From positions 167,105-231,104 of the forward strand of contig JAGOUW010000001.1 in the NCBI GenBank assembly GCA_018061075.1: DNA of 64,000 nucleotides, in the 5' to 3' direction. Numbering within the stretch: position 1 is the stretch's first letter; every line of letters starts with the position of its first letter. A program made the translations under genes and the position numbers. Below, one piece after another: positions 62,542-64,000 of the stretch. The stretch is from Candidatus Levyibacteriota bacterium (lineage in GTDB: Bacteria; Patescibacteriota; Microgenomatia; Levybacterales; UBA12049). The notes beneath the pieces are model-generated. The model made no database searches. It saw only the letters and a program-made list of their open reading frames with translations, and had not been told where the DNA came from.

Positions 62542-64000
62542 TTTTTTCTGTCATTATTTTTATCTTTCCCGAGGAGAACGGTATGCGTTCCGGGAGGAAG
62601 GGGATAGGAGGGAACAATTTTATATCAACTTTATTTATTTCATTTATTTCGTTTAACTTCTTGATAGCGTCTTTTGCGGATTTTCCTTTTATTTCATTTG
62701 CGATTTCTTTTGAATCAATTTTTGGAACTAAATTAGCTTTTATTGTGAGTTTTCCGGTAGCATTATTTCCTTTTGCTTTTAGATTAGCAGCGCTTGCATC
62801 AACGCTATCTTTATCTACAACTAAATCGCTTCCAGTTTCTAACTTATCCTTTGCGAAATTTAAAATGTCAGTTTCTTTATAAGAAACACCCCTGTAGCTA
62901 ATTGTTGCGGTTAGGCTAATTTCCGTTGCTTCATCATCTATATCTTTACTGAAAGTTTTTTTATCAAACTCGACTGAGATAAAGTTTGGTAATACTACGG
63001 ATCCATCTTCTGCTTCTTTTTGAATTTGTTCCTTGGCTTCTGTTTCTAAATCTTTTTGGAGTTCTGCTGCTAATTTATCCTGATCTTTTTTAGCAACAAC
63101 CTTTACTTCTTTTTTTGTTCCTCCTGAAAAAGCTTTATCATTTTTTGCAGCAACGGATGAGCTTCCGTCAACTGTAAATTTAGTATTACTTGGTAGGTTT
63201 TGACTAGTTCCAAATTTTTCTGCAGTAACTGTGACATCTGCTTTTCCAGGTTCAGTTCCCGAGAAAATATCTCCTGATGCTGAAGCGATGGTGACAGCTT
63301 TATCAGTTACAAACTTAAGATCATTTGGAGAAGTAATTACAGTGCCTGTAGGAATCGTAACTCCAGAAGTATTACTGTTAAATAAAGTTACGGTTCCTTT
63401 AGCTTTATCTCCAACCTCCTTTTTACCAGTTGTTGCAATTGACTTCTTTCCGTCTGCTGTGACAGTTATAAATTGAGCGTTAATGATGTCATCATCTGCG
63501 TTTGTCGCTTCAGTTTCTGAAAAAGTTACATTTACTTCTTCATCTTCTTCCTTTGCATCAATTCCCAGAGTTACGGTTACACTTCTGCCAAAAAGATAAA
63601 CATAAAGAAATAATAAGATTATCGTCAGAGGGATTAATCCAATCGCGAGTTTTTTGCGAGATCCATTTGCGCCTTTTAAAATTTTTCCCGGGTGTACTGT
63701 TTTCATAAAACCCATAATTCCTGTCATTATAAATGCGCCGTTAACGGGAAACGGTTTTTTCTCCGCACTATTTATTTTTAGTTCTTCAGGAATTTCCCTG
63801 AATTGGTCAGCTGGAGAAATGTTATCCATAACTGCAGTTTTTGGAATTTCTTTGTCGGTGGGTTTATTAGTGCTAAATTCTTCTTCGAGTGTTTCAGCCT
63901 TAGTGTTTGTTTGGTTTTCTGGAATTTCCTCAGAGGATTTAACATCTCCTCCCACAAACCCAAATTCTGATGCGGCTTCAGCAAGAGTTCTGTCAGTTTC
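62534..64000 (-). CDS. Large membrane-anchored extracytoplasmic protein, N-terminus outside the window
   Basis: The frame stays open to the window edge (…ETDRTLAEAASEFGFVGGDVK…), so the GTG at 63955 is probably not the true start. There is a single TM (LIPLTIILLFLYVYLF) and K/T/D-rich beta-type domains. Co-transcribed with the sortase. Confidence 0.5.
   Translation of the reverse strand, partial: ETDRTLAEAASEFGFVGGDVKSSEEIPENQTNTKAETLEEEFSTNKPTDKEIPKTAVMDNISPADQFREIPEELKINSAEKKPFPVNGAFIMTGIMGFMKTVHPGKILKGANGSRKKLAIGLIPLTIILLFLYVYLFGRSVTVTLGIDAKEEDEEVNVTFSETEATNADDDIINAQFITVTADGKKSIATTGKKEVGDKAKGTVTLFNSNTSGVTIPTGTVITSPNDLKFVTDKAVTIASASGDIFSGTEPGKADVTVTAEKFGTSQNLPSNTKFTVDGSSSVAAKNDKAFSGGTKKEVKVVAKKDQDKLAAELQKDLETEAKEQIQKEAEDGSVVLPNFISVEFDKKTFSKDIDDEATEISLTATISYRGVSYKETDILNFAKDKLETGSDLVVDKDSVDASAANLKAKGNNATGKLTIKANLVPKIDSKEIANEIKGKSAKDAIKKLNEINEINKVDIKLFPPIPFLPERIPFSSGKIKIMTEKNG

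Overview
The window is densely coding and AT-rich, with no rRNA, tRNA, CRISPR array, transposase or integrase that I can find. Gene content and style suggest a small-genome Patescibacteria/CPR-like bacterium, possibly Microgenomates-like; that placement is inference only. The clues are a minimal IF2, a short HrcA, PilN/PilO-like genes, sortase-anchored surface proteins, an archaeal-type AMP phosphorylase-like DeoA and few biosynthetic genes. It uses the standard genetic code, and TGA serves as a stop, including in ATGA overlaps. The recognisable core includes rpsT, murJ, lepA, groES-groEL, pyrE-pyrF, metG and hrcA-grpE-dnaK-glmS-dnaJ. It also includes hom, pyrC/pyrD-like genes, a Clp-type ATPase, nusA-infB-(DHH-like)-rpsO-pnp, a Lon-like AAA module, rnj, alkA, ftsK, rodZ-like, mltG, deoA and a sortase. 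An envelope-glycan cluster lies at 14-22 kb. The observations most worth a second look are listed here. (1) The hrcA leader carries a degenerate CIRCE inside the promoter, followed by inverted arrays of phased 7-nt repeats that abut the start codon. (2) One protein consists of four tandem LuxR-type HTH domains. (3) A GlpX-like gene is separated from an upstream ORF by a single in-frame TAA. (4) Single-gene islands that look G+C-richer are scattered through the window, several with -10 boxes only 6-10 nt from the ATG. (5) There are atypical proteostasis/RNA-decay proteins: a membrane-anchored Clp ATPase, a protease-less Lon, a DHH protein without DHH, and a PNPase with an RG-rich tail. I ran no computation or database search, so every family call comes from motif recognition in the translated ORFs.
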